This document shows, in pieces, positions 18,813 to 29,319 of a stretch of DNA of 54,482 bases. Position numbers and translations under genes: made by a program. Source of the DNA: Anaerolineae bacterium (lineage in GTDB: Bacteria; Chloroflexota; Anaerolineae; Anaerolineales; Villigracilaceae); the NCBI GenBank assembly GCA_041498515.1, contig JBGQIO010000001.1, forward strand, positions 1-54,482, given 5' to 3'. A model generated the notes under the pieces. The model was not told where the DNA came from, ran no database searches, and saw nothing but the letters and a program-made list of their open reading frames with translations. The number at the start of each line of letters is the position of its first letter. The stretch's first letter is position 1.

Positions 18813-21386
18813 TCAGGGTAGCAACCTCAAATGCCCTTCAGACTGTGCCTCAATTGATCCTTGATCCCATAACATCGGATAATATTGAATATTGGACCAA
18901 AGACGGGACATATCAGCGTAATGCCGGTTATAGGCGTGGCCGGACTCGCCGGTGGTGTGGACGGTGAGCGAGTTGGTCAGGTTGCTCATATCGACGATCA
19001 TGCGCATGGATGGCAGCCAGTTTGTCTCGTATCCGTCCACTACTGACCAGCCCGTTGCATCGATGATCGCCTCGCCGCCGCCAACCGGGAAAGGACCGCG
19101 GTTGAACAGATCCTCGATCAGGCCGACGCCGGATTCACCCAGCGTTTGATTCCGGAAAGTAGCGGCGTGCATATCGCCCCAATTCCATTTAGCGGGATCA
19201 CTGCCGAACATTCCATCGAGTTCTTTTACCGCATCCGCCAGTGATTTCTTCAAGATGTCGGCCTCGGTCTCGACCACGATTTTCGTGGATTTGTCATCCC
19301 AGAATGGATCGTTTGGATTCTTGACCAGGTTGCGCATCACTTCGTTCCAACGCGAGCCTCCGTCAGGCCAATAATCTTTAGGCAGGTCATCGTCGAAGGT
19401 GTTTTGTAGAAGGTGACGCCAGAAAGATTCAAAAATAGCCGCGGCGGAGGAATCTGGTCTCGCCTGGAAGTCCCACGTCTTGAGCAGGTTGAACGCGGCG
19501 GATTGATCTCCGCTGAATAAACCTTCCAGTTTCAGGAGCAGGGGTACAAAAGTTGCAGCGTTCGCATCGTACATGTCGCCCTGCATCTTTTGAATATATG
19601 AGATATCAATCTTGCCCGGGGCGTTCTTGATCAAGTCCACAATGCGGTTGGCGCGGTAGCCATAATCCCAATCAGCCGTAATGAGATAAGGATAACCCGC
19701 CGGCGGTATTTCGTTGTTGGCTGTTGCGATATAGCCCTCGGCAGGATTAAAAGTGTAAGGCAGTTGGTCGAAGGGGATGAAGCCAGTCCAATCGTATATC
19801 CCGGTCCAGCCTGGCACCGGGTAGCGCCCATCGCCATTTTTGCGGATGGGCACATCACCGGGCATTTGATAACCAATGTTACCCTGTGTGTCTGCATATA
19901 AAAGATTCTGAGCCGGCACGTGGAAGTTCCGTGCGGCTGCCCGGAATTGATCCCAGTTCCGGGCTTTGTCAAAACCCCAGATCGCTTCGAAAGGGCTGGA
20001 AGGGTTGAGCGCAGTCCAGGCTAACGCGAGCACATAATGCTCAGGCAAAAAGACACCTGACTGTTTTTTGAAAGGAATAAAATCAGGGACGTTATCAGTA
20101 TTCGTGTCTTTCAACGGACCATACGTATCCGAGATGACCGGCCCGTGGCGCGTCGAGTGCACGGTGATCTTAACAGGTTTATCGCCGACTACATTTATGG
20201 TCTCCGTGCGGATCTGGAAGTCAACCCATTTGCCGTCAGCTTCGTATTGATTGGGGTTTTCGGGGTTGACCTTTTCAATGAATAAGTCCATCACATCCGG
20301 ACCGGTGTTGGTGAATCCCCAGGCGATGTTCTCATTGTGACCGATGATAACCCCCGGCACACCTGCGAAGGAAAAACCGCCCATTTCATATGGGCATTGA
20401 TCGTTCTTCGGAAGGCAGTGCATATCGACCTGATACCAAATGGAAGGCATCTGGATGCTGAGGTGCGGATCGTTGGCCAGGATAGGCAGGCCCGTCGTGG
20501 TATGCGCACCGGATATCGCCCAGGAATTGGAACCTATTCCGTCACCCTGCCGGCCCAACGCACCGTCCAGTAAGGATACGTTCTGTTGGATGGCGTCCAG
20601 GGCGTAGTCAGGAACTATAGGTGTCTCAGATGTTGAACCTTTCAAAGCAGAAGAGGCTGTGCCATTACCGATCTTGTTGACAATGAGGGGATGATCGGGA
20701 GGATAGGGCGGGAAGAGCTGGTCAACCTGCTGGGCTGTAAGGGTTTTTAGCAAGACGGCGCGTTCGATCTCTTCATCCATATTGCCGCGCAAGTCCCACG
20801 CCATCGCCTTGCCCCAAGTAAGGCTGTTCACAGGAGTCCACGGCACGATCTTGTAAGCCGGGCTAAGCAATCCAAGAACGGCATATTCGAGGCTGAGTGA
20901 CGCACCATTATGATCTTCGAGATAGGCATTGACACCGTCAGTGTAAGCCTGCAGGATGGACTTCGACTCTGGCCCCATACCGTCCCATTCAGCTTGCGCC
21001 ACTTCGCGCCAGCCAAGCGTGCGCAGGAACGCATCGGTTTCCACCTGACCTTTGCCAAACATCTCGGAAAGCGTGCCGGAACCGATATGCCGCCAGGCAT
21101 CCATCTGCCAGAAGCGATCCTGGGCGTGGACGAAGCCCTGCGCATAGAACAGATCGTGCAAAGTACTAGCGTATATATGCGGGATACCCATCTTGTCGCG
21201 ATAGACATCCACCGGGCCATCCAGACCTTGCAAATGGATCACACCGTCAATCTGCGGGAACGATCGGGGTGCGACGGCATTGGGCAGATAACTCTTGAAA
21301 TAGAAAAGCCCGCCTGCCGTGAGCAGAAGGGCGATGATGACCACTCCAATTAGTAAACGACTCAGGACATTGCGTGCCTTTTTCAT
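18813..21386 (-). CDS. Penicillin acylase family (S45 Ntn-hydrolase; penicillin amidase / acyl-homoserine-lactone acylase type)
   Basis: 857 aa with an N-terminal TM anchor, DKMGIPHIYA...AQGFVHAQDRFWQMD, and a putative nucleophile site GSNSWAISG. Confidence 0.9.
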   Translation of the reverse strand: MKKARNVLSRLLIGVVIIALLLTAGGLFYFKSYLPNAVAPRSFPQIDGVIHLQGLDGPVDVYRDKMGIPHIYASTLHDLFYAQGFVHAQDRFWQMDAWRHIGSGTLSEMFGKGQVETDAFLRTLGWREVAQAEWDGMGPESKSILQAYTDGVNAYLEDHNGASLSLEYAVLGLLSPAYKIVPWTPVNSLTWGKAMAWDLRGNMDEEIERAVLLKTLTAQQVDQLFPPYPPDHPLIVNKIGNGTASSALKGSTSETPIVPDYALDAIQQNVSLLDGALGRQGDGIGSNSWAISGAHTTTGLPILANDPHLSIQMPSIWYQVDMHCLPKNDQCPYEMGGFSFAGVPGVIIGHNENIAWGFTNTGPDVMDLFIEKVNPENPNQYEADGKWVDFQIRTETINVVGDKPVKITVHSTRHGPVISDTYGPLKDTNTDNVPDFIPFKKQSGVFLPEHYVLALAWTALNPSSPFEAIWGFDKARNWDQFRAAARNFHVPAQNLLYADTQGNIGYQMPGDVPIRKNGDGRYPVPGWTGIYDWTGFIPFDQLPYTFNPAEGYIATANNEIPPAGYPYLITADWDYGYRANRIVDLIKNAPGKIDISYIQKMQGDMYDANAATFVPLLLKLEGLFSGDQSAAFNLLKTWDFQARPDSSAAAIFESFWRHLLQNTFDDDLPKDYWPDGGSRWNEVMRNLVKNPNDPFWDDKSTKIVVETEADILKKSLADAVKELDGMFGSDPAKWNWGDMHAATFRNQTLGESGVGLIEDLFNRGPFPVGGGEAIIDATGWSVVDGYETNWLPSMRMIVDMSNLTNSLTVHTTGESGHAYNRHYADMSRLWSNIQYYPMLWDQGSIEAQSEGHLRLLP

Positions 21387-21464
21387 GTCTGCTCCGGTGT
21401 GTAATATTGAAGATTATCTGACCGATGGAACAAGAAACGAAGTACCTGGTAATCAGGTCGTTGA

Positions 21465-22502
21465 CTATCGGATTTGAGCCGCAAAGGGCAGCGCTAAATT
21501 GAGCGCAATATATATGAAAGAAATGGTCGGAAATGATGCCCGGTCGAATACGCGAGAAAATTCCTGTTCGCCGTTGACGGCAAATCTTGATGAAATGACG
21601 GTCTGTATTAGGCAGAGAAAAATAGTTGCCAGTCCGATAAGGTTGATTTGATCCAGAAGTGTCATTGTGCCTGTATCAGGCAGATAGGTCGAAGTGATAT
21701 AGGAATTCGCCACGGCAGCGAAGAAGCCGCCTACCAGCAGTTCGATCCGAATTTCCTCGTGCGCCTTGAAGAATCCAGATAACAAGGCAACGCCGACTGC
21801 GGCGAAAAGCGCCTGGAATAATTTTAGATAAAAACCGTAACCCTGCCGAAATATGAAAATACCATATCCGAACTGCGCAAATTCTTTTGGCCCTGACGGA
21901 TTACCGAAAGTTGTATCCTCAGAAACATCCTTTGCGCCCATTATGCTGCGCGTGATGATATAGCCGGGAATACGGATGGAGGGATCGACGCGTGAATTTA
22001 CTTTATCAGCAACATATTGAATTTGAGGATGGATAGGATCCTGAATGAACATGCTCAATAAATGATCATCCAATGGATAGCGTGCCACATTAAATGGATA
22101 GTTGATACTGGCAGATACGCGGTACAGGACATAATGTTCATCTCCATTTACCATGTCTATGATTTTCTGTTTGTTCTGTACCGTTCCAGCAACGACCTGA
22201 AATGCTTCGCCAGGGTTAAAGGCCGGGTCATCGGTGGGCTGCTGCCATTTGAACCAGACATAAAAGTCTGCGTTCCAGGCAACGTTCTTAATTGAAAAAT
22301 CAGAGATCTTTTCGATCGATATCCCCACCTGTACAGGCAGCTTACCGTTCTGGGATTTATTCGAAATGGCCAGGATCTGTTGATACCCCGTAAAATCCTG
22401 ATTCTTATTGAGCAGAGCTGGTCGCAAGGTGAGCCAGGCGGCCAATAAACCGATAGCGACCAATCCTGCGACCCAACCAATTAAAAATCTACGGTGCGAC
22501 AT
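21465..22502 (-). CDS. Pentameric ligand-gated ion channel (GLIC/ELIC-like Cys-loop receptor homologue), candidate
   Basis: N-terminal anchor; about 190-aa beta-rich domain with VQVGISIEKISDFSIKNVAWNADFYVWFKWQ and a Cys-less loop FNVARYPLDDHLLSMFI; pre-M1 FRQGYGFYL; four TM segments with LPDTGTMTLLDQ between M2 and M3; and a short M3-M4 loop. Confidence 0.55.
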   Translation of the reverse strand: MSHRRFLIGWVAGLVAIGLLAAWLTLRPALLNKNQDFTGYQQILAISNKSQNGKLPVQVGISIEKISDFSIKNVAWNADFYVWFKWQQPTDDPAFNPGEAFQVVAGTVQNKQKIIDMVNGDEHYVLYRVSASINYPFNVARYPLDDHLLSMFIQDPIHPQIQYVADKVNSRVDPSIRIPGYIITRSIMGAKDVSEDTTFGNPSGPKEFAQFGYGIFIFRQGYGFYLKLFQALFAAVGVALLSGFFKAHEEIRIELLVGGFFAAVANSYITSTYLPDTGTMTLLDQINLIGLATIFLCLIQTVISSRFAVNGEQEFSRVFDRASFPTISFIYIALNLALPFAAQIR

Positions 22503-22760
22503 CGATCCTCTATTGGCAACAAAGTAGCCGACCAGAAAATTTCGCTGATTATACTGCCCAGGGATTAATCTTTATTTAGTGAAAAAAGAGACGTTCGTAT
22601 GAACGCCTCCTTTGTTATCGTCATTACTTTCTGCCTGGCTGTACAAGAGATTATGACGACCGATAAATATTTAGTGATGAAAAATTTAATACTTCCTGAC
22701 TGCGACGCTTAGGAATGGGGCATATAATCAAAGATTAAGAGGAGCGAAAGTAAAGCAACC

Positions 22761-23741
22761 ATGACCTCAGCGTCGATTCACATCCACGACCTGCATAAAA
22801 CTTACGTTGTCAGCAAGCGGGAATCAGGGGTATTGGCTGCCCTCCAGAGCCTGGTCGTTCGCCATACGGAGGAGATCCCCGCGGTGGACGGTATCTCCTT
22901 CCACCTGGATCCTGGTGAGGTTGTAGGTTTCCTGGGTCCTAACGGGGCAGGGAAGACGACCACATTGAAGATGCTCTCGGGTCTGCTGCATCCAACTGCG
23001 GGCGAGGTAACTGTGCTCGGCTACGTGCCCTGGAAACGCGACAAAGCCTTCCTGCGGCAGATCACATTGGTTATGGGGCAGCGCAATGAATTGGTGTGGG
23101 ACATCCCCGCACTGGATTCTTTTGAACTTAACAGAGCCATCTATCGCGTTTCACCCTCGGATTATCGCCTAATGCTCAACGAGTTAACCGAACTGCTGGA
23201 GCTGGGACCGCTTCTACACAAACCTGTCCGTAACTTATCACTGGGTGAACGCATGAAATGCGAGATCGCCGCCGCTCTCCTGCACCGCCCACAAGTGGTC
23301 TTCCTGGACGAACCAACGATCGGACTGGATGTAACCATGCAGCGGCGCATCCGTAAATTCATTGCGGAATACAACCGGCGATTTGGGGCCACCGTCCTAC
23401 TCACAAGCCATTACATGGCAGATGTCGAAGCACTCTGCCGCCGTGTTATTGTCATCCATAACGGCAAGCTCTTGTTCGATGGCGAGCTTTCTTCCCTCGT
23501 GCAAAAATTTACCGCCCATAAGACCATCGTGGTGCAGTTGGATGATGTCCAAGCAGACCTGCGCTCCTACGGGGAGGTAGTCTCCCGCGAGGACGGTCAT
23601 ATCACTCTGCGGGTCCCAAAGGCTGAGACGGCGCGTGTCACCGAACGATTGCTGGCGGACCTCCCGGTGATCGACCTGCTGGTTGAAGACCCGCCAATCG
23701 AGGAAGTTATCGAGCGAGTGTTCGCTCAGGAGTCTTCATGA
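22761..23741 (+). CDS. ABC transporter ATP-binding protein (ABC-2 type)
   Basis: Walker A GPNGAGKTT, signature LSLGERMK, Walker B VVFLDEPT, H-loop SH. Confidence 0.9.
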   Translation: MTSASIHIHDLHKTYVVSKRESGVLAALQSLVVRHTEEIPAVDGISFHLDPGEVVGFLGPNGAGKTTTLKMLSGLLHPTAGEVTVLGYVPWKRDKAFLRQITLVMGQRNELVWDIPALDSFELNRAIYRVSPSDYRLMLNELTELLELGPLLHKPVRNLSLGERMKCEIAAALLHRPQVVFLDEPTIGLDVTMQRRIRKFIAEYNRRFGATVLLTSHYMADVEALCRRVIVIHNGKLLFDGELSSLVQKFTAHKTIVVQLDDVQADLRSYGEVVSREDGHITLRVPKAETARVTERLLADLPVIDLLVEDPPIEEVIERVFAQESS

Positions 23742-24541
23742 GAGACATGGCGGTCTTGTACATTCAACAGTTTAAGACCACTTTTGCCTCCATGCTGCAA
23801 TACAGGGCTTCGTTATTCATCTGGATGATCGGCGCGGTGTTGGAGCCCGTTGTTTATCTCGTTGTATGGTCTACGGTCTCGTTGTCCCGCGGTGGAAGCG
23901 TGGGCGACTACACAGCCGGACAGTTCGCGGCTTACTTTATTGTTTTCATGCTCGTCAATCAGGTTACCTATACCTGGATCATGTACGAATATGAATACCG
24001 CATCCGGGAAGGACTGCTGTCGCCCGCGCTGTTGAGACCGGTGCATCCGATCCATGCGGATATTGCTGAAAACGTCTCATCCAAATTGATCAGCCTGCCA
24101 GTCATGGTCCTCATTGCGGGCGGGTTGGCGTTGATCTTTAAACCCACGGCAACCTTTCTTTCCTGGTCGGTTTTAGTCTTTATCCCGGCCTTGTTTTTGG
24201 CTTTCCTGGTCCGGTTCCTGATTGAATGGACCCTGGCACAGTCCGCCTTCTGGACGACCCGGGTCAGCGCCTTCAACCAAGTCTATTTTGTCCTGGTCTT
24301 ATTCCTCTCCGGCCAGATCGCACCGCTTTCTCTCTTTCCACGGCCCATTCAGGTCCTGGCTGACATCATGCCCTTCCGCTGGATGATCGGCTTTCCGGTG
24401 GAGCTGATCCTAGGTCGCCTCACTCCTGTTCAAGCGATTACCGGTCTGGCAGCACAGGCCTTCTGGCTGGTCATCAGCTTGGGCTTGGTAAGGATCGTAT
24501 GGCGCGCTGGTATCCGCATGTACTCGGCGGTGGGAGCATGA
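23738..24541 (+). CDS. ABC-2 family permease
   Basis: 267 aa, 6 TM segments, ATGA overlap with the ATPase gene. Confidence 0.75.
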   Translation: MRDMAVLYIQQFKTTFASMLQYRASLFIWMIGAVLEPVVYLVVWSTVSLSRGGSVGDYTAGQFAAYFIVFMLVNQVTYTWIMYEYEYRIREGLLSPALLRPVHPIHADIAENVSSKLISLPVMVLIAGGLALIFKPTATFLSWSVLVFIPALFLAFLVRFLIEWTLAQSAFWTTRVSAFNQVYFVLVLFLSGQIAPLSLFPRPIQVLADIMPFRWMIGFPVELILGRLTPVQAITGLAAQAFWLVISLGLVRIVWRAGIRMYSAVGA

Positions 24542-25323
24542 ACTACCTGCGCTTGTTCGGTGTATATTTCCGGCTCAGTGTGATGGGTGAACTTGCTTAC
24601 CGGGTGAATTTTTATGTCCAGCTTTTTCAATCTCTTGTGGAGTTAGCTACTGCGTTGACTGGCCTGGCGGTGATCTTCTCCTACACAACGGTCCTGGCAG
24701 GGTGGACCTCCAATGAAATGCTGGCTTTGGTTGGCGTTTACTTTATTACCGGAGGATTGATCGGTCTGGTGATCAGGCCGAGCCTTGAACAATTTATTAA
24801 CTCGGTGCGTGATGGTACGCTTGACTTTACGCTGGTCAAACCTGAAGATGCCCAGTTCCTCATGAGCGTCCAGGTGGTGAATATTTGGAAGTTGATCGAT
24901 ATCGTGATGGGTTTTGCAGTGTTGACTACAGCACTCATAAGGCTGGGAGGTAAAGTGGGAGCGGCGCAGGCAACCTCATTTGGCCTCATGCTGTTAATCG
25001 GCGTCCTCATCATTTACAGTTTTTGGTTAATCCTGGCCACGCTGTCGTTCTGGTTCGTCCGTGTGGAAAATATCCTGGTGATCTTCCAAAGCATGTACGA
25101 AGCCGGCCGCTGGCCGATCAGTTTGTATCCAGGTTGGCTGCGTTTTGCCCTCACTTTTATCGTGCCGGTGGCTTTTGCCACAACAGTACCCGCTCAAGCC
25201 CTCACCGGACGCCTCACCGGTGAAACCGTGCTAGGCGCGGTGGCAGCAGCCTTCGTCTTATTGGTGGTTTCACGGCTCTTCTGGCAGATCGGTCTACGGC
25301 GATATTCCGGCGCCTCGGCATGA
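24538..25323 (+). CDS. ABC-2 family permease (second subunit)
   Basis: Start MNYLRLFGVYF at 24538 forms an ATGA overlap with the preceding stop. 6 TM segments. Confidence 0.75.
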   Translation: MNYLRLFGVYFRLSVMGELAYRVNFYVQLFQSLVELATALTGLAVIFSYTTVLAGWTSNEMLALVGVYFITGGLIGLVIRPSLEQFINSVRDGTLDFTLVKPEDAQFLMSVQVVNIWKLIDIVMGFAVLTTALIRLGGKVGAAQATSFGLMLLIGVLIIYSFWLILATLSFWFVRVENILVIFQSMYEAGRWPISLYPGWLRFALTFIVPVAFATTVPAQALTGRLTGETVLGAVAAAFVLLVVSRLFWQIGLRRYSGASA

Positions 25324-25591
25324 TAAAGTTGGTGGTTGGGTTCGAGGATCTTAACCCGTCATGGATACCGCATCTCTCTGGATGCGTATACGCCAGATCG
25401 CAATGGAGGTTGACAATATTGATTTGACACCATCCGAACCTTGCGAAGGTTTCAGAAGCCACGCAATGACTTTTGTTTCAAAACATCAGTCGTTCCTGCA
25501 ATTTAGGAAACCATAGATACTGTGGCTATATACTATCAAGGTGTCGGTTAATATTAAACTTATTATTATGTGATTGTTAAAATAATTATTT

Positions 25592-25783
25592 CTATTTACT
25601 CTTTTCCCCTTGTACCAACCAGACTCCGGCAATGGCTACGATCACGCCGAGACCCGCCCCGGATAATTGTTTCCAGCCAATGCCCGGTGCACCGCCAATC
25701 CCCAATGAATCGGCTGCCAATGAAACGATCAATAAGATCACACCGAGCACAATGAACGCCATACCTATCGTTCTTTTTGACAT
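25592..25783 (-). CDS. Small two-TM membrane protein
   Basis: 63 aa with two hydrophobic helices, AAAGGAG upstream, and a TATAAT-like box further upstream. Confidence 0.45.
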   Translation of the reverse strand: MSKRTIGMAFIVLGVILLIVSLAADSLGIGGAPGIGWKQLSGAGLGVIVAIAGVWLVQGEKSK

Positions 25784-25915
25784 AATCCACTCCTTTGAAA
25801 GATATGATACCTTTCGGCTAATGAATTATAAGTGATATTAAGAGTATTGCTTCGGAATATAAACACCCACCGGCTGACTCTTACCTTTTAGTTCAAGTTC
25901 GGGGTCTCCAGGTTT

Positions 25916-28411
25916 TTATTTCACCACGCCCGTCAACCTCGGGAACCAATACCACAAAAGATCAGCAGCAGGCTTGCCGTGAACGGAAGCAGATTTATCC
26001 TGCAGCAGGGCAGGCGGATAGTATCCGCGGCTTATGACACCACCCACCCATGTGCGCGTATTAATGAGGGTTAAAATTGCCTCATAGAGATCAGATTGTC
26101 CCTGCAAGTTTAGAGAGACCGAACCGGGGTTATTGGGTTGGTTGAGAGCGGTCCAATCCAAACAGCCGCCTTGTCCATCATTCAGGCAACCATTGATTCC
26201 GCCGCTTGCGGAGGGATAAGCAAGCGCCAGCAGGATGGGCTTATTCAAAATGGAAGCCAGGGGGGAGATTTCATTGTCTAATATTTTTCCGGCCTGATTT
26301 GCCATATCTGTTTTAGATTCGCCGGGCATCGCTGTCAGGGGTGCGTTCCATAACAGGTAAATTCCGTCAGTGGCTTGAAGAAAGTTCAATGAGGTTTGGA
26401 AATTGCCGGGCGTGTAAGGCAAAGCCCATAACACTTTACCGGTAAAGTGCTGACGTACTTCGCTCACGATTGCGTTCCAGCGCGCGTCTGCATCTGCAGG
26501 CACACCCGAGGGCGAGCCATCTGCTAAGGTCCCATTGGGTAATGCCGGGCCGAGCCAGTCTCCACCTAGGATTACAGCCTGCGATCCGGTCTGAGCAGCG
26601 AGGTCGGCGTAATTGACGGCGAAAGCGCGATAGTGATCGAACCAGGTCTGCCACCAGGCTGCGTCGCGCGGCGCGCTTTTCCAGAAATCAGCTGATTTGG
26701 TGTTCGCAAAATGTGGGATGGCGAAAATACCTACGTTCAAATTCATGGCACGCGCCTGGCTGACCATAATGGCCGAATCGAGCCAGAACGGGTCCTCTTC
26801 AGGCGCCAGTCCAAACTCCAAGGGCGATGCACGGTTAAATGTCCAACTGGGCGTGAAGAAAACCCAGTTCGCACCCAGCGCCTGTACATTCTGCACGGCT
26901 TGGGGGATGAAATAAGACCAATTGGGTTGATAACTTGACTGGAATTCAACACCGCTAACAAATCCGGCTCCCCTCGACGTGATGGCCGAGCCAACCAACG
27001 TATTCGGTTCGGTGTTGGTCAACCAAGCCCAATCGGTCACCGTGTCCTGAATATCCTGTCCGGTCAGGCTGGTGGTTACTTCACGCCCCTTGGATGAGTC
27101 GCTGGCGGTGGAATTATCGTCAGCGCTGCCGCACTGTCCATTACGGCAATAGCGATAACGGAGGGTGCCCAATGTGTTGAGCGGTCCGTATAATTTATAA
27201 GCCCATTTATTATTACCCAACGGCCACATTGGGATAGGTTCGGTCCAACCATAAGGGTTGTACTGGATATAGATAAGATCACCGGGAGGCGTGCTTGAGG
27301 GGACTGTCACTTCAAATAAGATGGATGAAGACGTCCCGGATTGCCAGGTTTGCACTTGATCCTGGACGACGAGATCCTGAGCGGGGACGATCATCTCGCG
27401 CATTTGAAATTCGCCGGTGGTTTTATGTTCGGCATTCCAGAACCCATCGCCGAGCGTGTATTTGTATTGCACATAGGCACCTACCGGCAAATTGATGGTC
27501 AAGCTGTAACGTCCATCGGGCTGCAGCGCCATGACGGGCATGCGGTCTGCGATCGTGCTGAGCCCGCCTTTGAGGTTAGCGAAGGTGTTACCGAGCTCGA
27601 GCAGGTTACCGGCAATGCGGATCGGTACACCCTGTATATCTTTCGGGGCGGTGGCGTAAAAGGTCACGTGTATTAACGGAGCCGCTTTGATCTTTATTTC
27701 AACCTCGGTATTGAGTCCCTGGGCGACGGTCGCGCCTTGCTGGAAGGTTTGATAAGTTCCATCCAGAGCATATGCCACCAGATTATGAGTACCCGTCGGA
27801 AGTCCTTCAAGATCGAAACGACCCGCAGAATCTGTGAACGACCGCTCGCCTCCTGCGGTAACCAATATATTCGGGATGGGCGCACCGGTATCCACGTTGA
27901 GGATGCGACCCTGGATGCTGCCTGTTTGTCGCGAATAGGTCCTATCGCTCCAACCAGCCAGGATATCTCTTACCTCAGCCTGGCCCGCGACATAATACAG
28001 ACGATAGCGGATCGTTTCACCCAGTGCCGTATCTTCGGGAGCTTGGGTGCTGCTGAGCCTTACATAGTGATACTTAATGACCGCATTGTATGGAAGAGCC
28101 AGGGTGGCAGTATAGGTATATCCATCGACGGATTGCATTGGATACAGCACCGGGTCAAGCGACAGGCCGGTGACTTCGTCCACCACGCTCAAGGCCAGGC
28201 TTTCACCGGCGAGCAATTGTGCGGGCAAAGTGACGTTAAAGATGGTCTGGGCTTTTGGCAGCAGCGTTGCAGTGGGAATTACCGGGACAGGTAATTGAGT
28301 GGAAATAGCCGGGATGGTTGGGATTTGAAATAATGAAAATGTGCATGCCAGGCTGCTAACAACTACGAGGCAAAGGGCTGCAGAAACGGCGCTCTTGGTT
28401 TTGGATTTCAC
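25916..28411 (-). CDS. Large secreted lipoprotein with beta-sandwich repeats and a C-terminal TIM-barrel-like region; function unknown
   Basis: 831 aa. Signal plus lipobox-like ...VVSSLAC. Carboxypeptidase-regulatory-like GRILNVDTGAPIPNILV. CBM-like YVQYKYTLGDG and LRYRYCRNGQCG. GTG start overlaps the tatC stop (GTGA). Confidence 0.8.
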   Translation of the reverse strand: MKSKTKSAVSAALCLVVVSSLACTFSLFQIPTIPAISTQLPVPVIPTATLLPKAQTIFNVTLPAQLLAGESLALSVVDEVTGLSLDPVLYPMQSVDGYTYTATLALPYNAVIKYHYVRLSSTQAPEDTALGETIRYRLYYVAGQAEVRDILAGWSDRTYSRQTGSIQGRILNVDTGAPIPNILVTAGGERSFTDSAGRFDLEGLPTGTHNLVAYALDGTYQTFQQGATVAQGLNTEVEIKIKAAPLIHVTFYATAPKDIQGVPIRIAGNLLELGNTFANLKGGLSTIADRMPVMALQPDGRYSLTINLPVGAYVQYKYTLGDGFWNAEHKTTGEFQMREMIVPAQDLVVQDQVQTWQSGTSSSILFEVTVPSSTPPGDLIYIQYNPYGWTEPIPMWPLGNNKWAYKLYGPLNTLGTLRYRYCRNGQCGSADDNSTASDSSKGREVTTSLTGQDIQDTVTDWAWLTNTEPNTLVGSAITSRGAGFVSGVEFQSSYQPNWSYFIPQAVQNVQALGANWVFFTPSWTFNRASPLEFGLAPEEDPFWLDSAIMVSQARAMNLNVGIFAIPHFANTKSADFWKSAPRDAAWWQTWFDHYRAFAVNYADLAAQTGSQAVILGGDWLGPALPNGTLADGSPSGVPADADARWNAIVSEVRQHFTGKVLWALPYTPGNFQTSLNFLQATDGIYLLWNAPLTAMPGESKTDMANQAGKILDNEISPLASILNKPILLALAYPSASGGINGCLNDGQGGCLDWTALNQPNNPGSVSLNLQGQSDLYEAILTLINTRTWVGGVISRGYYPPALLQDKSASVHGKPAADLLWYWFPRLTGVVK

Positions 28412-29319
28412 TGGGATCCCTCCTCAACGGTTTTTTTCTTAGTTGGTATTCTTCGTCCGCCATAGGCCATATAACTCAGACCGATACTAATGAAATATAA
28501 CCCGATCATGGGCAGCATGACCAAACCCATATTGACCGGGTCCACGGTCGGGGTTATAGCTGCTGCAACAATGGAGATAATAACCACCGCGATGCGCCAT
28601 TGCTTCGCCAGGACATTCGGTTTGACAATGCCGATGGCTGTCAGCACATAAATAACCAGTGGGAATTCAAACGCCACGCCAATCCAGAACATCAATCCAG
28701 TGATGAAAGAAAAATATGACGAGGGTCGCAGTTGCGCTTTGATCCCCAGGAAGTTTAGCAGGAAAGGCAGGGCGCTGGGAAGTAACATGTAATAAGTGAA
28801 TGCAATCCCGCCGATAAAAAATACGGCCGCTAGCGGAATGCCGACCAGACCAAACATTCGCTCACGCGGTTTTAAGCCGGGCGCGGCAAACAACCAGAAT
28901 TCAAAAGCAACATAGGGAAGAGATATAGCCAGGCCGGATAGCAACGCGACATTCATGAACACACCGATCGATTCCGTCACTTCGATAGCTTTGAGCGCTT
29001 GCAGACCGCCGACCGGGATCGCGAGGAATTGGACAATTTGTTCGGTGAAGGTGAACGAGATGCCCACCCCCACGATGATCCCGAGCAGCGCACGCAACAG
29101 ATGACTGCGTAGGGCTTCGATTTGATCCCAAAATAATTGCCGGGCTTGTTCATTCTGAGTGAGGTCCACGAATACATCGCTAAGAGGGTGTTCCTCAGGC
29201 TCGGTCAGCATGAAGCTTTTCATTGTGGCGAAGGTGCGAAATGGAAGAGTAATAATCCACCACACTGCACGGAACGGAAATGTGATCACCCGCCAAACTT
29301 TGCGCAGGAATCTACGCAT
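28408..29319 (-). CDS. tatC: Twin-arginine translocase subunit TatC
   Basis: 6 TM segments and a TatC-like core (EALRSHLLRAL..., FEFWLFAAPGL). GAGGTG RBS lies before the 29319 start. It has an unusual W/F/R-rich N-terminal extension of about 45 aa. Confidence 0.85.
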   Translation of the reverse strand: MRRFLRKVWRVITFPFRAVWWIITLPFRTFATMKSFMLTEPEEHPLSDVFVDLTQNEQARQLFWDQIEALRSHLLRALLGIIVGVGISFTFTEQIVQFLAIPVGGLQALKAIEVTESIGVFMNVALLSGLAISLPYVAFEFWLFAAPGLKPRERMFGLVGIPLAAVFFIGGIAFTYYMLLPSALPFLLNFLGIKAQLRPSSYFSFITGLMFWIGVAFEFPLVIYVLTAIGIVKPNVLAKQWRIAVVIISIVAAAITPTVDPVNMGLVMLPMIGLYFISIGLSYMAYGGRRIPTKKKTVEEGSQ

